Of a stretch of DNA of 64,000 nt, positions 18,166 to 28,803 are shown piece by piece. The translations under genes and the position numbers were made by a program. Positions within the stretch are counted from its first letter, which is position 1; each line of letters starts with the position of its first letter. The DNA is from an uncultured Staphylococcaceae bacterium. GTDB taxonomy: Bacteria > Bacillota_I > Bacilli_A > RFN20 > CAG-826. Below the pieces are notes generated by a model. The model was not told the DNA's origin. It did not search any database and was given only the letters and a program-made list of their open reading frames with translations. The stretch lies in contig CAYPGR010000004.1 of NCBI GenBank assembly GCA_964410505.1, positions 20,576-84,575 of the forward strand. The letters are read 5' to 3'.

Positions 18166-19611
18166 ATGAACAAAATTATCCAAAATTTACCTTCAATGAA
18201 TCAAGCACGTAATCGGCGGCCGCAACGGATTGATTACGAATGTTTTACGTTAGATATTCCCCGTCACGTCAAAGAAACCCTCCATGGCAAGGCGTTTCTT
18301 ATTCGAACCTTTGGCTGTCAAGCAAACGTCCGCGATGAAGAATCCATGGCGGGACTCCTTTCAGCAGCAGGCATGGTGCGGACCGAAGACATCGCCCTGG
18401 CGAGTGTGATTATTTTAAATACCTGTGCTATTCGTGAAAATGCTGAACAAAAATTATTTGGTCAAGTCGGCAATTTGAAAGCTTTAAAAGCGGCCAATAA
18501 TGATTTAATTATTATCGTATCAGGGTGTATGGTTCAGCAAGAATCGGCCCTTGAGAAATTACAAAAATCATATCCCCAAGTTGATATTTTTATGGGTACT
18601 AATGCAATTCATAAGTTGTTAGGTCTCCTTGAAATGAATCTTGAACACAAGAAAAAAGTTTTTGATATCTCAAGTGAGGATATTACAATCTATGAAGATG
18701 TCCCCGTGACACGAATTGCAAAACATAAAGCTTTTGTTAATATCACATTTGGCTGTGATAAATTTTGCACGTATTGCATTGTGCCTTATACTCGCGGTAA
18801 AGAGCGATCACGTAAACCAAGTGACATCTTAAATGAGTGCAAAATATTAATTGCTTCAGGTTACCAAGAAATTACTCTGGTCGGCCAAAATGTTAACGCC
18901 TACGGTTTGGACTTAAAAGACGGAACCACATTTAGCCATATTTTAGAAGAGGTCGCAAAGTTAGGAATTCCGCGTCTTCGTTTTATTACGTCACACCCAT
19001 GGAACTTTGACGATACGATGATTGATGTGATTGCGAAGTATCCAAATATCATGAAAAAAATCCATTTACCGCTCCAAAGCGGGAGTGATGAGATTTTAAG
19101 ACTGATGGGGCGCCGTTATAAAGTGGCAGATTATTGCGAATTAGTGAGGAAACTTCGGTCAAAAATGCCTGATATTGCCCTCACAACAGACATCATTGTT
19201 GGCTTCCCAAATGAAACGGAAGCACAGTTTGAAGAGACCCTTAAAATCGTCGATCAAATTAAATATGCAAGTGCCTTTACGTTCATATACTCACCAAGAA
19301 CAGGTACTCCAGCTGCAAAAATGATTGATAATGTGACGAAAGAAGAAAAAAGTAACCGATTTAATCGCTTAAAATTATTAGTCGATGCTCAAACAGAAGA
19401 AGACGCCAAAACTTATTTAGGTAAAGAAGTCTTCGTTTTAGTCGATGGGGCAAGTAAGAAAGATCGTTCGATTTTAAGCGGATATACCGAATCGGATAAA
19501 ATCGTTCACTTTAAAGGGCCACGCAACTTAATTGGTCAAATTGTTAAAGTGAAAATCAGTGCGACGAAAACCTTTGCCTTAGGTGGAGAACTTCTTGATG
19601 AAACGCGTTGA
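18166..19611 (+). CDS. miaB: tRNA-i6A37 methylthiotransferase MiaB (radical SAM MTTase with TRAM domain)
   Basis: UPF0004 domain FLIRTFGCQANVRDEE, radical-SAM CDKFCTYCIVPYTRG, 481 aa. miaB-ymcA-mutSL synteny. Confidence 0.8.
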   Translation: MNKIIQNLPSMNQARNRRPQRIDYECFTLDIPRHVKETLHGKAFLIRTFGCQANVRDEESMAGLLSAAGMVRTEDIALASVIILNTCAIRENAEQKLFGQVGNLKALKAANNDLIIIVSGCMVQQESALEKLQKSYPQVDIFMGTNAIHKLLGLLEMNLEHKKKVFDISSEDITIYEDVPVTRIAKHKAFVNITFGCDKFCTYCIVPYTRGKERSRKPSDILNECKILIASGYQEITLVGQNVNAYGLDLKDGTTFSHILEEVAKLGIPRLRFITSHPWNFDDTMIDVIAKYPNIMKKIHLPLQSGSDEILRLMGRRYKVADYCELVRKLRSKMPDIALTTDIIVGFPNETEAQFEETLKIVDQIKYASAFTFIYSPRTGTPAAKMIDNVTKEEKSNRFNRLKLLVDAQTEEDAKTYLGKEVFVLVDGASKKDRSILSGYTESDKIVHFKGPRNLIGQIVKVKISATKTFALGGELLDETR

Positions 19612-19909
19612 TCAGGCCCTCGAAAATCTTTTAATTGCGCTTGAGAACGAACCGGTCGTGATTGCTTTTAAAAAAGCCCGCGAACTTGTAACAAATGATG
19701 CATTTATCCTTGCTACTGAAACGAAATTAAAAGATCTCCAACAAGAAATTACCCGGCATGCCATGGACAAAACGCGTCATGAAAATGCTTTAAACGCTTA
19801 CACCCTCTTAAAGCAAAAATATGATGAACATCCTTATGTTATAAATTACAATAGTCTTTTAAATGATGTCAATGATTTACTACTAACCATTAAAACAATA
19901 ATTCAGTGA
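19598..19909 (+). CDS. YmcA/YlbF-family regulatory protein (RicA-like)
   Basis: ~104-aa helical protein between miaB and mutS, the position of ymcA in Bacillus. Start chosen at the second ATG. Confidence 0.5.
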   Translation: MKRVDQALENLLIALENEPVVIAFKKARELVTNDAFILATETKLKDLQQEITRHAMDKTRHENALNAYTLLKQKYDEHPYVINYNSLLNDVNDLLLTIKTIIQ

Positions 19910-19939
19910 CGCCCTTACCATATATGGTAAAATAGCGAT

Positions 19940-22468
19940 ATGGACAAAGAGAAAAAAGTCGTTTATACGCCGATGATTGAACAATACTTACAGATCAAAC
20001 GGGAGAATCCCGGTGTTTTAATCATGTACCGATTGGGTGACTTTTATGAGTTCTTTTTTGAAGATGCCGAAATCGTTGCCAAAGAACTACAGCTCGTATT
20101 AACGAAAAAATCAGCCGGGAACAATCGCAAAATCCCTATGTGTGGCATTCCACACCATGCCTATTCACCCTATCTTGCGAAATTAATTGATGCCGGACAC
20201 AAGGTTGGGATTGTTGAGCAAGTCGAAGACCCAAGTACGGCAAAAGGCATTGTGAAGCGAGAAATAATCCAGATTGTGACCCCTGGTTCAATTGTTGATT
20301 TTGAAGATAGTGAACATAATTTTATTGTGGCCGTTGACGCCTTTATTGATAAATTCACTGTGTGTTACGGTGATGTCTCGACTGGAGATATTTATGTCAC
20401 TTCGTTACCTAGAGAAGAAGCAACCTTAATTAATTATTTAGGTGGACTATCGGCGAAAGAAATCGTTGTTGATTCCGTATTTAGTAACAAACTATTAGGT
20501 GCCATTAAGACCAATTTAAACATTGTGATTTCTTTTGAAAATCAATTACTTGATGTTAACCAATACGAAGATTTATTTACAGAAGTTCACGATGAAGGTG
20601 AACGACAAATTGCCGCTCGTCTTCTTAGTTATTTAACCAAAGCAAAAAAACGCCAATTATCATATTTTAAACCGATTAAAGTTTCAAAAACGCATTCTTT
20701 TTTGCAAATTGATGCCTTTTCGCGACTCAATTTAGAATTAACCCGGACAGTTCGGAACGAGACAAAGTATGGTTCATTATTTTGGCTTCTTGATGAAACG
20801 ACAACCGCGATGGGGAGACGAAAACTAAAAGATTTTATTACCCGTCCATCACGGGATTATGAAGAAATTCTGCGGCGACAAAATATCGTGAATAGTTTTA
20901 TTGTTAACTATCTCACGCGGGCAGAAATAAAAGAACATTTTGCTGGCATTTATGATTTAGAAAGAATTGTCGCACGTATCGCTTTTGGAAGCGCCAATCC
21001 ACGCGATTTACTGCGTCTTAAAACATCACTTATGGCGCTTGAAAAAGCGCGTCGTCTATTAGGGAAAATACGCGAACCCGAAATGAGTGCGCTATATGAT
21101 CAACTCGCAAATAATGATCATTTGGTGACGCTGATTGACGCCGCAATTAGTGAAAATGCCCCGCTTCAAATTAGTGGTGGCGAAATCTTTAAATATGGTT
21201 ATTATGAACGGCTTGATGAATTAATTGATTTATCGCATGGCGGGAAAAAGTGGATTAGTAGTTTCGAGGAGAAAGAAAAGACTAAAACCGGTATTAAAAA
21301 CTTAAAAGTTGGTTACAATCGCGTTTTCGGTTATTTTATTGAAATTAGTAATGGGAACTTAAATCAAGTCAAAGATGAATTTGGATATATCCGGAAACAA
21401 ACAACAAAAAATGGAGAGCGGTTTATCAATGAAGCACTTAAAGAACAAGAGACCCTTATTTTAAGTGCTGAAGAAAAAAGACAACAACTTGAAAAAGAAT
21501 TATTTAATGATTTGCTCAAGAAACTACAACAATCAACAAGAGCCCTGCAAAAATGTGCCGATGCCGTCAGTGAAATTGATGTCTTTCTTGCCTTAGCAGA
21601 AGTTGCCGTAAATAACTCTTTCGTTCGTCCCATCTTTAATCATGAGCGGGTGATTGATATTCAAAATGCCCGCCATCCGGTGCTAAGTAAGTTACTCAAA
21701 GATCATGCCTTTGTTGCTAATGACATCAAACTTGATAAGGAAACGGATGTCTTGATCATCACGGGACCGAATATGGGTGGTAAATCAACACTGATGCGCC
21801 AATTAGCGCTTATTGTTGTCATGGCGCAACTGGGAAGTTTTGTACCTGCAAGTCATGCTAATTTAATGCTCTTTGATCAGATTTTTACACGGATTGGAGC
21901 GAGTGATGACCTCATCAGCGGCCAATCTACCTTTATGGTGGAAATGATTGAAGCGAACTATGCGCTGCGTAAAGCGACGGAAAACTCACTCTTACTCTTT
22001 GATGAAATTGGGCGTGGGACTTCCACTTACGATGGAATGGCGCTTGCGTATGCAATGTTAGAATATATTGCTCAAAAGCTTAAAGTTAAAACTTTATTTA
22101 GCACCCATTATCATGAAATCACGACGATCACGGATCATTTAGCGAATATAAAGAATATTCATGTTGAAGTCAAAGAAGTCGGCAGTAATGTGACCTTTCT
22201 ATATAAAATTAAAGATGGTCCTATGAACAAAAGTTATGGGATTAATGTGGCCCGCCTCGCCGGACTCCCCCTTGAGATTTTAAATAATGCACAAAATCAT
22301 CTTCATACATTTAGTAATACCCCATTAAATGAAGCTGAGGCGCCATCGGAATATGTACCGCTTAAACCACTTTGGTACCAACAACTTGAGCAACTTAAAA
22401 TTGATGAAATGACCCCGCTTGATGCTTTAGTTCTTCTTAAAAAGATTAAAGATGAAGGTTTTAAATAA
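19940..22468 (+). CDS. mutS: DNA mismatch repair protein MutS
   Basis: 842 aa with Walker A GPNMGGKST and the C-terminal MutS domains. Confidence 0.95.
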   Translation: MDKEKKVVYTPMIEQYLQIKRENPGVLIMYRLGDFYEFFFEDAEIVAKELQLVLTKKSAGNNRKIPMCGIPHHAYSPYLAKLIDAGHKVGIVEQVEDPSTAKGIVKREIIQIVTPGSIVDFEDSEHNFIVAVDAFIDKFTVCYGDVSTGDIYVTSLPREEATLINYLGGLSAKEIVVDSVFSNKLLGAIKTNLNIVISFENQLLDVNQYEDLFTEVHDEGERQIAARLLSYLTKAKKRQLSYFKPIKVSKTHSFLQIDAFSRLNLELTRTVRNETKYGSLFWLLDETTTAMGRRKLKDFITRPSRDYEEILRRQNIVNSFIVNYLTRAEIKEHFAGIYDLERIVARIAFGSANPRDLLRLKTSLMALEKARRLLGKIREPEMSALYDQLANNDHLVTLIDAAISENAPLQISGGEIFKYGYYERLDELIDLSHGGKKWISSFEEKEKTKTGIKNLKVGYNRVFGYFIEISNGNLNQVKDEFGYIRKQTTKNGERFINEALKEQETLILSAEEKRQQLEKELFNDLLKKLQQSTRALQKCADAVSEIDVFLALAEVAVNNSFVRPIFNHERVIDIQNARHPVLSKLLKDHAFVANDIKLDKETDVLIITGPNMGGKSTLMRQLALIVVMAQLGSFVPASHANLMLFDQIFTRIGASDDLISGQSTFMVEMIEANYALRKATENSLLLFDEIGRGTSTYDGMALAYAMLEYIAQKLKVKTLFSTHYHEITTITDHLANIKNIHVEVKEVGSNVTFLYKIKDGPMNKSYGINVARLAGLPLEILNNAQNHLHTFSNTPLNEAEAPSEYVPLKPLWYQQLEQLKIDEMTPLDALVLLKKIKDEGFK

Positions 22469-24222
22469 TGGCACGTATTACCTTACTCGATATTGAACTT
22501 GCGAACCAAATAGCAGCAGGGGAAGTCATTGAACGTCCGGCTTCCGTAGTTAAGGAACTCGTTGAAAATAGTATTGATGCTGGTGCTACCCACATTGATA
22601 TTTTTATTTTTGAAGCAGGGCGGAAGAAAATCATTGTTCAAGATAATGGGAGTGGAATCCCACAATCGGAACTTGAACTTGCTTTTTCACGGCATGCAAC
22701 GAGTAAGATTCATAGTGCTTTTGATTTATTTCGCATCAAAACGCTTGGGTTTCGAGGTGAAGCCCTCCCAAGTATCGCATCGATCTCTAAAGTCTTTGTA
22801 GAAACGGCGATTAAAGGAAGTAGTGGTTCGAGTGCGACCATTATTAATGGTGACTTTAAAATTGAAGCATCCGCTGCCAGTCAAGGAACCAAAATTGTCG
22901 TTGAAGAACTATTCTATAATACCCCGGCCCGACTCAAATATTTGAAACTCGACTATACGGAAAACGCAGTGACGAGCGAAATTGTCACCAAAATTGCTTT
23001 AGCACATCCCCATATTAGTTTTAGCCTTTCTTTTGATGACAAACTCCGCTTTAAAACGAGTGGTCGAGATGATTTAAAAGAAACAATTATGAGTATTTAT
23101 GGGCTGAATTATGCAAAAAATATTTTACCAATCAAGTTTTCAACCAATGATTTTGTCGTGACGGGTTTTCTTGGCAACACGAACTTGGTCCGTGCTAATC
23201 GTTATGGTATCATGACAAATCTAAATGGTCGTAATGTCTATATGCCGAAAGTGGTCTCGACCATTATTGACGCCTACCACGGATTCATTGCTCCTAGTCG
23301 ATACCCATTTGTGGTGTTAAATTTTGAAATTGAACCGGAACTGGTCGATGTTAACGTTCACCCAACAAAAAAAGAGGTTCGCTTTTCAAAAGAAGACCAA
23401 TTACGTGAGCTTTTACTCCGTGAAATCCCCAAAGCATTACGGCATGAAGCCTTTATTCCGCAAACCTTAGTGAGTGAGTTTAAAGCACCACTTACATTTG
23501 ATGAAACACCAGTTGCTGAACAACTTTCGTTTAATTTTGTGGAAGAAGAAAAAGACGTTTTTCCACGTGAATTAACCATTAGTGATCTAAGCCCGGACGA
23601 AGAAGAGCCTGTGATGGTGACGTTTCATGAAAATCAATTTCAAGATGTTGTGCCAGTAGCGGCAATTCATCAAACATATATCGTTTGCGAAACAAAAGAT
23701 GGTGGGTTTTGGCTTATTGATCAACATGCCGCCCATGAGCGGATAAATTATGAGAAGTTCCAAAAAATACTCAATGGGCATCTTCATACCCGACCACTTT
23801 TGATCCCTGAAGTGCTTTCCTTTTCACATAGTGAGGCAACACTATTTACCCCTGAAGTACTCGAAATCCTCAAAAGCGTCGGACTGGAAGTGCAACTTTT
23901 TGGGGAGAATACGCTTCGTGTAACGGGTGTACCTAATTATACGAGTGAGTACGATGAGATCATTTATATTCAAGATATTATTGAAGAAGTACTAACAAAT
24001 AAAAAGCTAAATCAAGAAAAATTACGAACGAATGCCATTGCAACGATGGCATGCAAAGCATCAATTAAGGCAAAGCATCGTCTCTCACTTCATGAGATGA
24101 CACATCTTGTTCATGAACTTTTGACGTGTCAAAACCCTTATAGCTGTCCCCATGGTCGACCAACCATTATCAAGTTTTCAAAATATGAAATAGAAAAACT
24201 ATTTAAACGGACGGGAACATGA
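22468..24222 (+). CDS. mutL: DNA mismatch repair protein MutL
   Basis: GHKL ATPase N-terminus VKELVENSIDAGAT and the C-terminal dimerisation domain. Confidence 0.9.
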   Translation: MARITLLDIELANQIAAGEVIERPASVVKELVENSIDAGATHIDIFIFEAGRKKIIVQDNGSGIPQSELELAFSRHATSKIHSAFDLFRIKTLGFRGEALPSIASISKVFVETAIKGSSGSSATIINGDFKIEASAASQGTKIVVEELFYNTPARLKYLKLDYTENAVTSEIVTKIALAHPHISFSLSFDDKLRFKTSGRDDLKETIMSIYGLNYAKNILPIKFSTNDFVVTGFLGNTNLVRANRYGIMTNLNGRNVYMPKVVSTIIDAYHGFIAPSRYPFVVLNFEIEPELVDVNVHPTKKEVRFSKEDQLRELLLREIPKALRHEAFIPQTLVSEFKAPLTFDETPVAEQLSFNFVEEEKDVFPRELTISDLSPDEEEPVMVTFHENQFQDVVPVAAIHQTYIVCETKDGGFWLIDQHAAHERINYEKFQKILNGHLHTRPLLIPEVLSFSHSEATLFTPEVLEILKSVGLEVQLFGENTLRVTGVPNYTSEYDEIIYIQDIIEEVLTNKKLNQEKLRTNAIATMACKASIKAKHRLSLHEMTHLVHELLTCQNPYSCPHGRPTIIKFSKYEIEKLFKRTGT

Positions 24223-25103
24223 TTTTTGTCATAGGTGGCGTAACGGCGGCTGGTAAAAGTAGTCTTGCCTTTAAATTGGCTAAGGCGATTGGCGGCATCA
24301 TTATTAACGCTGACGCCTATGCATTTTACCGTGAACTAAATATTGGCACCGCTAAACCAACGGAAGAAGAATTAGCGTCGGTGCCCACTTTTCTCTTTAA
24401 TAATTTGTCGATTAGTGACCCCTATTCCATTTATGATTATCAACAAGATGTGCGACGCTTGATTGCCATTTATGAACAAAGTAAAAGGCCGATTATCCTT
24501 GTAGGTGGCAGCGGTCTTTACATTCGGGCAGCGCTCTATGACTATCGACTTTCACCTAATATTGGGATTGTGATTGAAGATAATTTCGAAGAGAGTAATG
24601 CATCACTTCATCAAAGACTTACCTTGATTGATCCAGTAGCGGCCGCTAAGATTCATCCGAATAACCGTAAGCGAGTTTTACGCGCATTAGCGATTAGTGA
24701 AAATCAAAGCCGAACGGAAACCAATCATGAACGTCATCTTAAGAGTGGGCCCTTATTTCCTTTTACAATGATTGTCCTGGATGCTTTAAATGAAGTTCTT
24801 GAGAGACGGATTCATGAACGGACAACGGACATGTTTGTGAGCGGTCTCCGTCAAGAAGTAAACGATATTTGCCAGAAATACCCCCAAAATGCGCAAGGTC
24901 TTCAAGCGATTGGCTACAAGGAAATCCTGGCTAATCCCTCAATGACTGATGATGAACTCATTGCCCTGATAAGTCTTCGGACGAGACAATATGCGAAACG
25001 ACAACGTACTTTTTTTCGTCATCAATTTTCTAATGCCACTTGGTTTAGCGACCAACATGAGGCATACTTATTCTTAATTAAGAAATATGAGGATTCATTA
25101 TGA
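24219..25103 (+). CDS. miaA: tRNA dimethylallyltransferase
   Basis: P-loop GVTAAGKSSLA...INADAYAFYRELNIGTAKP. mutL-miaA adjacency. Confidence 0.85.
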   Translation: MIFVIGGVTAAGKSSLAFKLAKAIGGIIINADAYAFYRELNIGTAKPTEEELASVPTFLFNNLSISDPYSIYDYQQDVRRLIAIYEQSKRPIILVGGSGLYIRAALYDYRLSPNIGIVIEDNFEESNASLHQRLTLIDPVAAAKIHPNNRKRVLRALAISENQSRTETNHERHLKSGPLFPFTMIVLDALNEVLERRIHERTTDMFVSGLRQEVNDICQKYPQNAQGLQAIGYKEILANPSMTDDELIALISLRTRQYAKRQRTFFRHQFSNATWFSDQHEAYLFLIKKYEDSL

Positions 25104-26701
25104 TGACTAAACCCATTTTAGATGTTGGAAAAGCCATTGGCTTATGCGCAGATGATTTAGTGATTTATGGCACAACCAAAGCTAAAATTAAAGCGCCTTT
25201 TAATCAAGGTGAACCAACTGGGAAGCTTGTATTAATGACGGCGATTACGCCAACCGCTGCTGGCGAAGGCAAGACCACAATGGCGATTGCCCTCCATGAT
25301 GCCTTATGGGCCCGTGGCCATCAAAGTCTTTTATGCTTAAGGGAGCCTTCGCTCGGACCTGTCTTTGGGATTAAAGGTGGGGCAACGGGTGGCGGAAAAG
25401 CCAAACTATTTCCAAGTGATGATATTAACCTTCATTTTACTGGTGATTTACATGCTTTAACATCAAGCATCAATCTTGTCGCTGCCGTGATTGATAATCA
25501 TATCTATCAAGGGAATGTATTACAACTTGATCCTAAACGTGTGACTTGGAAAAGAGCACTTGACGTGAATGATCGCAGTTTACGACGGATTAAAATTAAT
25601 TTAGGAACAAATGATGGCCAACCCCGTTATGATGAGTTTCAAATCACCGTCGCAAGTGAAATGATGGCAATCATGTGCCTGAGTTTAAGTCCAGAAGATT
25701 TTAAAACCCGGATCAAAGAAGCAATTATTGGTTACAACTTTGCGGGTGAACCGATTCGCCTTGGTGCCCTTGAAATTGAAGATGCGGTCTATCGTCTCAT
25801 GGAAATGGCGTTATTACCAAATCTTGTGCAAACGCTAGAAGGGAATCCCGCCCTCGTCCATGGCGGTCCTTTTGCGAATATCGCCCATGGCTGTAATTCT
25901 TTAATTGCGACACGTTACGCCCTTAGTAGGGCCCCAATTGTAGTAACAGAAGCTGGTTTTGCAAGCGAATTAGGGGCTGAAAAATTTTGTGATATTAAAT
26001 GCCGTATTGGCGGTATCAAACCTCATCTTGCCGTTGTGGTTGCGACTATCAAAGCGTTAAAACTACATGGTGGGGTCAGTGAAACAGATTTAAAAATTGA
26101 AAATGTTGAAGCGCTAAGATACGGATTTCAGAACCTTGTTCAACATATTGAAAATATGAAAAAATTCGGTCTTCAGGTGCTCGTGGCGTTAAATGTATTT
26201 AATGATGATTTTACAAATGAAATCAATGAATTCACCCGTTTTATGGCTGAAGAAAATTATGCATATTCCCTCGTTACTTCGGTCAAAGATGGTTCGATAG
26301 GCGGGCTTGATTTTGCCGATAAGGTCGTCACCATGCTTAAACACGACAATCAATTCCAATTTCTTTATGATAATAAAGATAACGTCAAATGTAAGATTGG
26401 TAAAATTTCCCGAGATCTTTATCGAGCTGATGGGGTTAAGTATAGCCAACGGGCTTTAAAAGAATTAGCAAATATCGAAGCATTAGGATTCGGGCATCTG
26501 CCAGTCTGCATGGCAAAAACACCCCTTTCCTTTAGCGATAATCCTTTATTAAAGAATGCCCCGAGAGGTTTCAAAATAACCATCCGCGAGTTCCGTCTTA
26601 GCGCGGGCGCCGGTTTTATTGTTGCCTTAACGGGAAAAGTCTTGACGATGCCAGGGTTACCAAAAGTTCCAGCCGCAGTGCGAATGAAAGAAGTGCGATA
26701 G
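25100..26701 (+). CDS. fhs: Formate--tetrahydrofolate ligase
   Basis: FTHFS signature ...PTAAGEGKTT... in a 533-aa protein. Confidence 0.9.
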   Translation: MMTKPILDVGKAIGLCADDLVIYGTTKAKIKAPFNQGEPTGKLVLMTAITPTAAGEGKTTMAIALHDALWARGHQSLLCLREPSLGPVFGIKGGATGGGKAKLFPSDDINLHFTGDLHALTSSINLVAAVIDNHIYQGNVLQLDPKRVTWKRALDVNDRSLRRIKINLGTNDGQPRYDEFQITVASEMMAIMCLSLSPEDFKTRIKEAIIGYNFAGEPIRLGALEIEDAVYRLMEMALLPNLVQTLEGNPALVHGGPFANIAHGCNSLIATRYALSRAPIVVTEAGFASELGAEKFCDIKCRIGGIKPHLAVVVATIKALKLHGGVSETDLKIENVEALRYGFQNLVQHIENMKKFGLQVLVALNVFNDDFTNEINEFTRFMAEENYAYSLVTSVKDGSIGGLDFADKVVTMLKHDNQFQFLYDNKDNVKCKIGKISRDLYRADGVKYSQRALKELANIEALGFGHLPVCMAKTPLSFSDNPLLKNAPRGFKITIREFRLSAGAGFIVALTGKVLTMPGLPKVPAAVRMKEVR

Positions 26702-26702
26702 A

Positions 26703-26921
26703 ATGGAACTCATTAAAGTATCATTATTTGATGAGGTAGAGATGAAAAAGCCCCATCCTTGTATCCATAAATCGCATCGTTTTCAAATTATGATGTTGGG
26801 CGCAGATCTCAAACTTCAATGTCTCGGGTGTGGGAATATTGTCTTAATATCACGCATTAAGTTTAATCAAAAGTATAAAAAGACATTATCCGCAAATCAA
26901 GGACCTCTTTTTACTAAATAA
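26703..26921 (+). CDS. Hypothetical small Cys/His protein (possible zinc ribbon)
   Basis: 72-aa ORF that starts 1 nt after the fhs stop, with HPCIHKSH...CLGCGN. Confidence 0.35.
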   Translation: MELIKVSLFDEVEMKKPHPCIHKSHRFQIMMLGADLKLQCLGCGNIVLISRIKFNQKYKKTLSANQGPLFTK

Positions 26922-26948
26922 TTGTATTTGTAGAATAGGGAGGAACCT

Positions 26949-27572
26949 ATTTTACAAGTTATTAACCTTAAAAAAACATATGACATAAGTGAAGTTCTAA
27001 AAGGAATTTCATATACTTTTAAACATGGTCATCTTTATGTCCTGGTTGGGAATTCTGGTAGTGGAAAATCAACTTTTTTACATCTTATCGCGCACCTTAT
27101 TAAACGGTCGGCGGGGGAAATCCGTTATCAAGATCAGCCGTTATCCCCAAACGCTGTTACTCTCGTGATGCAACAACCCTATTTTCTTGGAGACATTTCA
27201 ATTAACGACAATTTAAGGATTAGTGAGATCTTTTCAAAAAAATCGAATAAAGCGATAAAAAAGTCACTCTTCAAGGCTTTTGATCTTGACCAAATAAAGA
27301 ACCGTAAGGTGTCACTTTGTAGTGGCGGTGAGAAAGCTCGTGCGAATATCATTCGTGGCCTTTTGACATGCCGCCCGATTATTTTAATTGATGAGCCGAC
27401 GGCACATTTGGACGCGGAAAATAGTAAACGAGTGGCCGCGCTTCTTAGCCGCTATGCAAAGCGCTGTATTATGATTGTAACCACGCATCAACCACAATTT
27501 TTTCATTTTAGTAATAGTGTTTTTTTAGCAGTTGATGAAGGGATATTGAAGACCAATCATGATCCGGCTTAA
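26949..27572 (+). CDS. ABC transporter ATP-binding protein (stand-alone NBD); no ATG/GTG/TTG start, probable ATT initiation
   Basis: Frame is open from 26934 (after a TAG). Walker A GNSGSGKST is encoded about 130 nt before the first ATG (27165). GGGAGG lies 5 nt upstream of ATT 26949. Signature LCSGGEKAR, Walker B ILIDEPTAHLD, H-loop TTHQ. Confidence 0.6.
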   Translation: MLQVINLKKTYDISEVLKGISYTFKHGHLYVLVGNSGSGKSTFLHLIAHLIKRSAGEIRYQDQPLSPNAVTLVMQQPYFLGDISINDNLRISEIFSKKSNKAIKKSLFKAFDLDQIKNRKVSLCSGGEKARANIIRGLLTCRPIILIDEPTAHLDAENSKRVAALLSRYAKRCIMIVTTHQPQFFHFSNSVFLAVDEGILKTNHDPA

Positions 27573-28803
27573 GCTATTTAAAACGCTATATAATCGCAAT
27601 CTAAAAAAGAATCGATTGATGGTTATCTTTATGTTACTCACCAATTTTTTATTGGGTTCGTTTGTGCTTTTTCTCGATGCGGATAAAGAGGTCGTGACGC
27701 GTCTAGATCAAAGTTATTTAGAACATCTTAGTGTGGGAATTTCATCTTATGAAACCCTAACCACAAACAATGAGTTAATTAATGTACGTATGCACCAACG
27801 ACCTCCTATGGATATCTTAACTTCGATGATGACCCATATCGGTTACTTTGAGGTTCGCCCTGATTATGGTCTTCTTTTTGATCACGCAGAATTAATGATG
27901 TTTGAAAAAATATTAAACAAGCCAACGATTGCGATTCATGCTTTAAAAACGAATGCCATTGGTATCAATCGTTCATTTTATGATGAACTAATTGATGCAG
28001 TGCAGCCGCTTGATAGCCTCATCATTAATCTCAAAATTGCATTTACCTTAAGTTTGAATGCAACTGATCTCGACATTAATATTAACGAATCCCTTAGCAT
28101 CTCCTATATTCATGATGAGGCCCCTTTTTTTCTCACCCCAAAGCTCTACCTTCCACAGTCGATGATTGATGAAAAAATTGGGGGTTACCAGTTATTTGAG
28201 GATGTAACGATAAATGATTATTTACTTAATTTGCCTAATGATCATCCCTCCAGTGGTTATCAGTTGCTTTGTCATCTTGAATCCAATGCTCAAAAGCAAC
28301 GCCTCATTTCTCTTGTTGAAGATTTAAGTGACGACACCTATGGCTATGTGCTGACAGGTGATACGGTGAGCAAACTTCAAAGTGTCAAGGCAATGTTTTT
28401 CTACGTAAATCTTTTAGTATCAATCTTTCTTGTGCTTATTGTTATCGGGTGTATTGTGGTTTACGTGACTATTATTCATACGTCTTTACTCTCTTCGATG
28501 CGGCAAATGGCGCTTTTAAGTATTTGGGGTGCAAAGAAAGGGCAACTGTTCGCACTATTTATCAGTTTGGTAATGTTCAATTTTGTTATGGGATTAAGTG
28601 TCTTTCTTCTATTTCCGCCTCTTATAACAGCGCTTAACCGCTTTTTATCCTCCTTTCTTCGAATGCCTTTAATCTTCGGTTTCAAATCTTTCCGCATTTT
28701 TATTCTTATCACATCGCAATTCGTGATTATGACGATACTCTACACCGTGCTTTTCTTCGTGAATAATCGAAAGCCACTCTTGTATTTATTACTAGATGCT
28801 TAA
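27559..28803 (+). CDS. FtsX/MacB-type ABC permease with ~250-aa extracytoplasmic domain
   Basis: TM1, then a large external domain, then three C-terminal TMs. It overlaps the upstream NBD gene by 14 nt. Confidence 0.7.
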   Translation: MIRLKLFKTLYNRNLKKNRLMVIFMLLTNFLLGSFVLFLDADKEVVTRLDQSYLEHLSVGISSYETLTTNNELINVRMHQRPPMDILTSMMTHIGYFEVRPDYGLLFDHAELMMFEKILNKPTIAIHALKTNAIGINRSFYDELIDAVQPLDSLIINLKIAFTLSLNATDLDININESLSISYIHDEAPFFLTPKLYLPQSMIDEKIGGYQLFEDVTINDYLLNLPNDHPSSGYQLLCHLESNAQKQRLISLVEDLSDDTYGYVLTGDTVSKLQSVKAMFFYVNLLVSIFLVLIVIGCIVVYVTIIHTSLLSSMRQMALLSIWGAKKGQLFALFISLVMFNFVMGLSVFLLFPPLITALNRFLSSFLRMPLIFGFKSFRIFILITSQFVIMTILYTVLFFVNNRKPLLYLLLDA

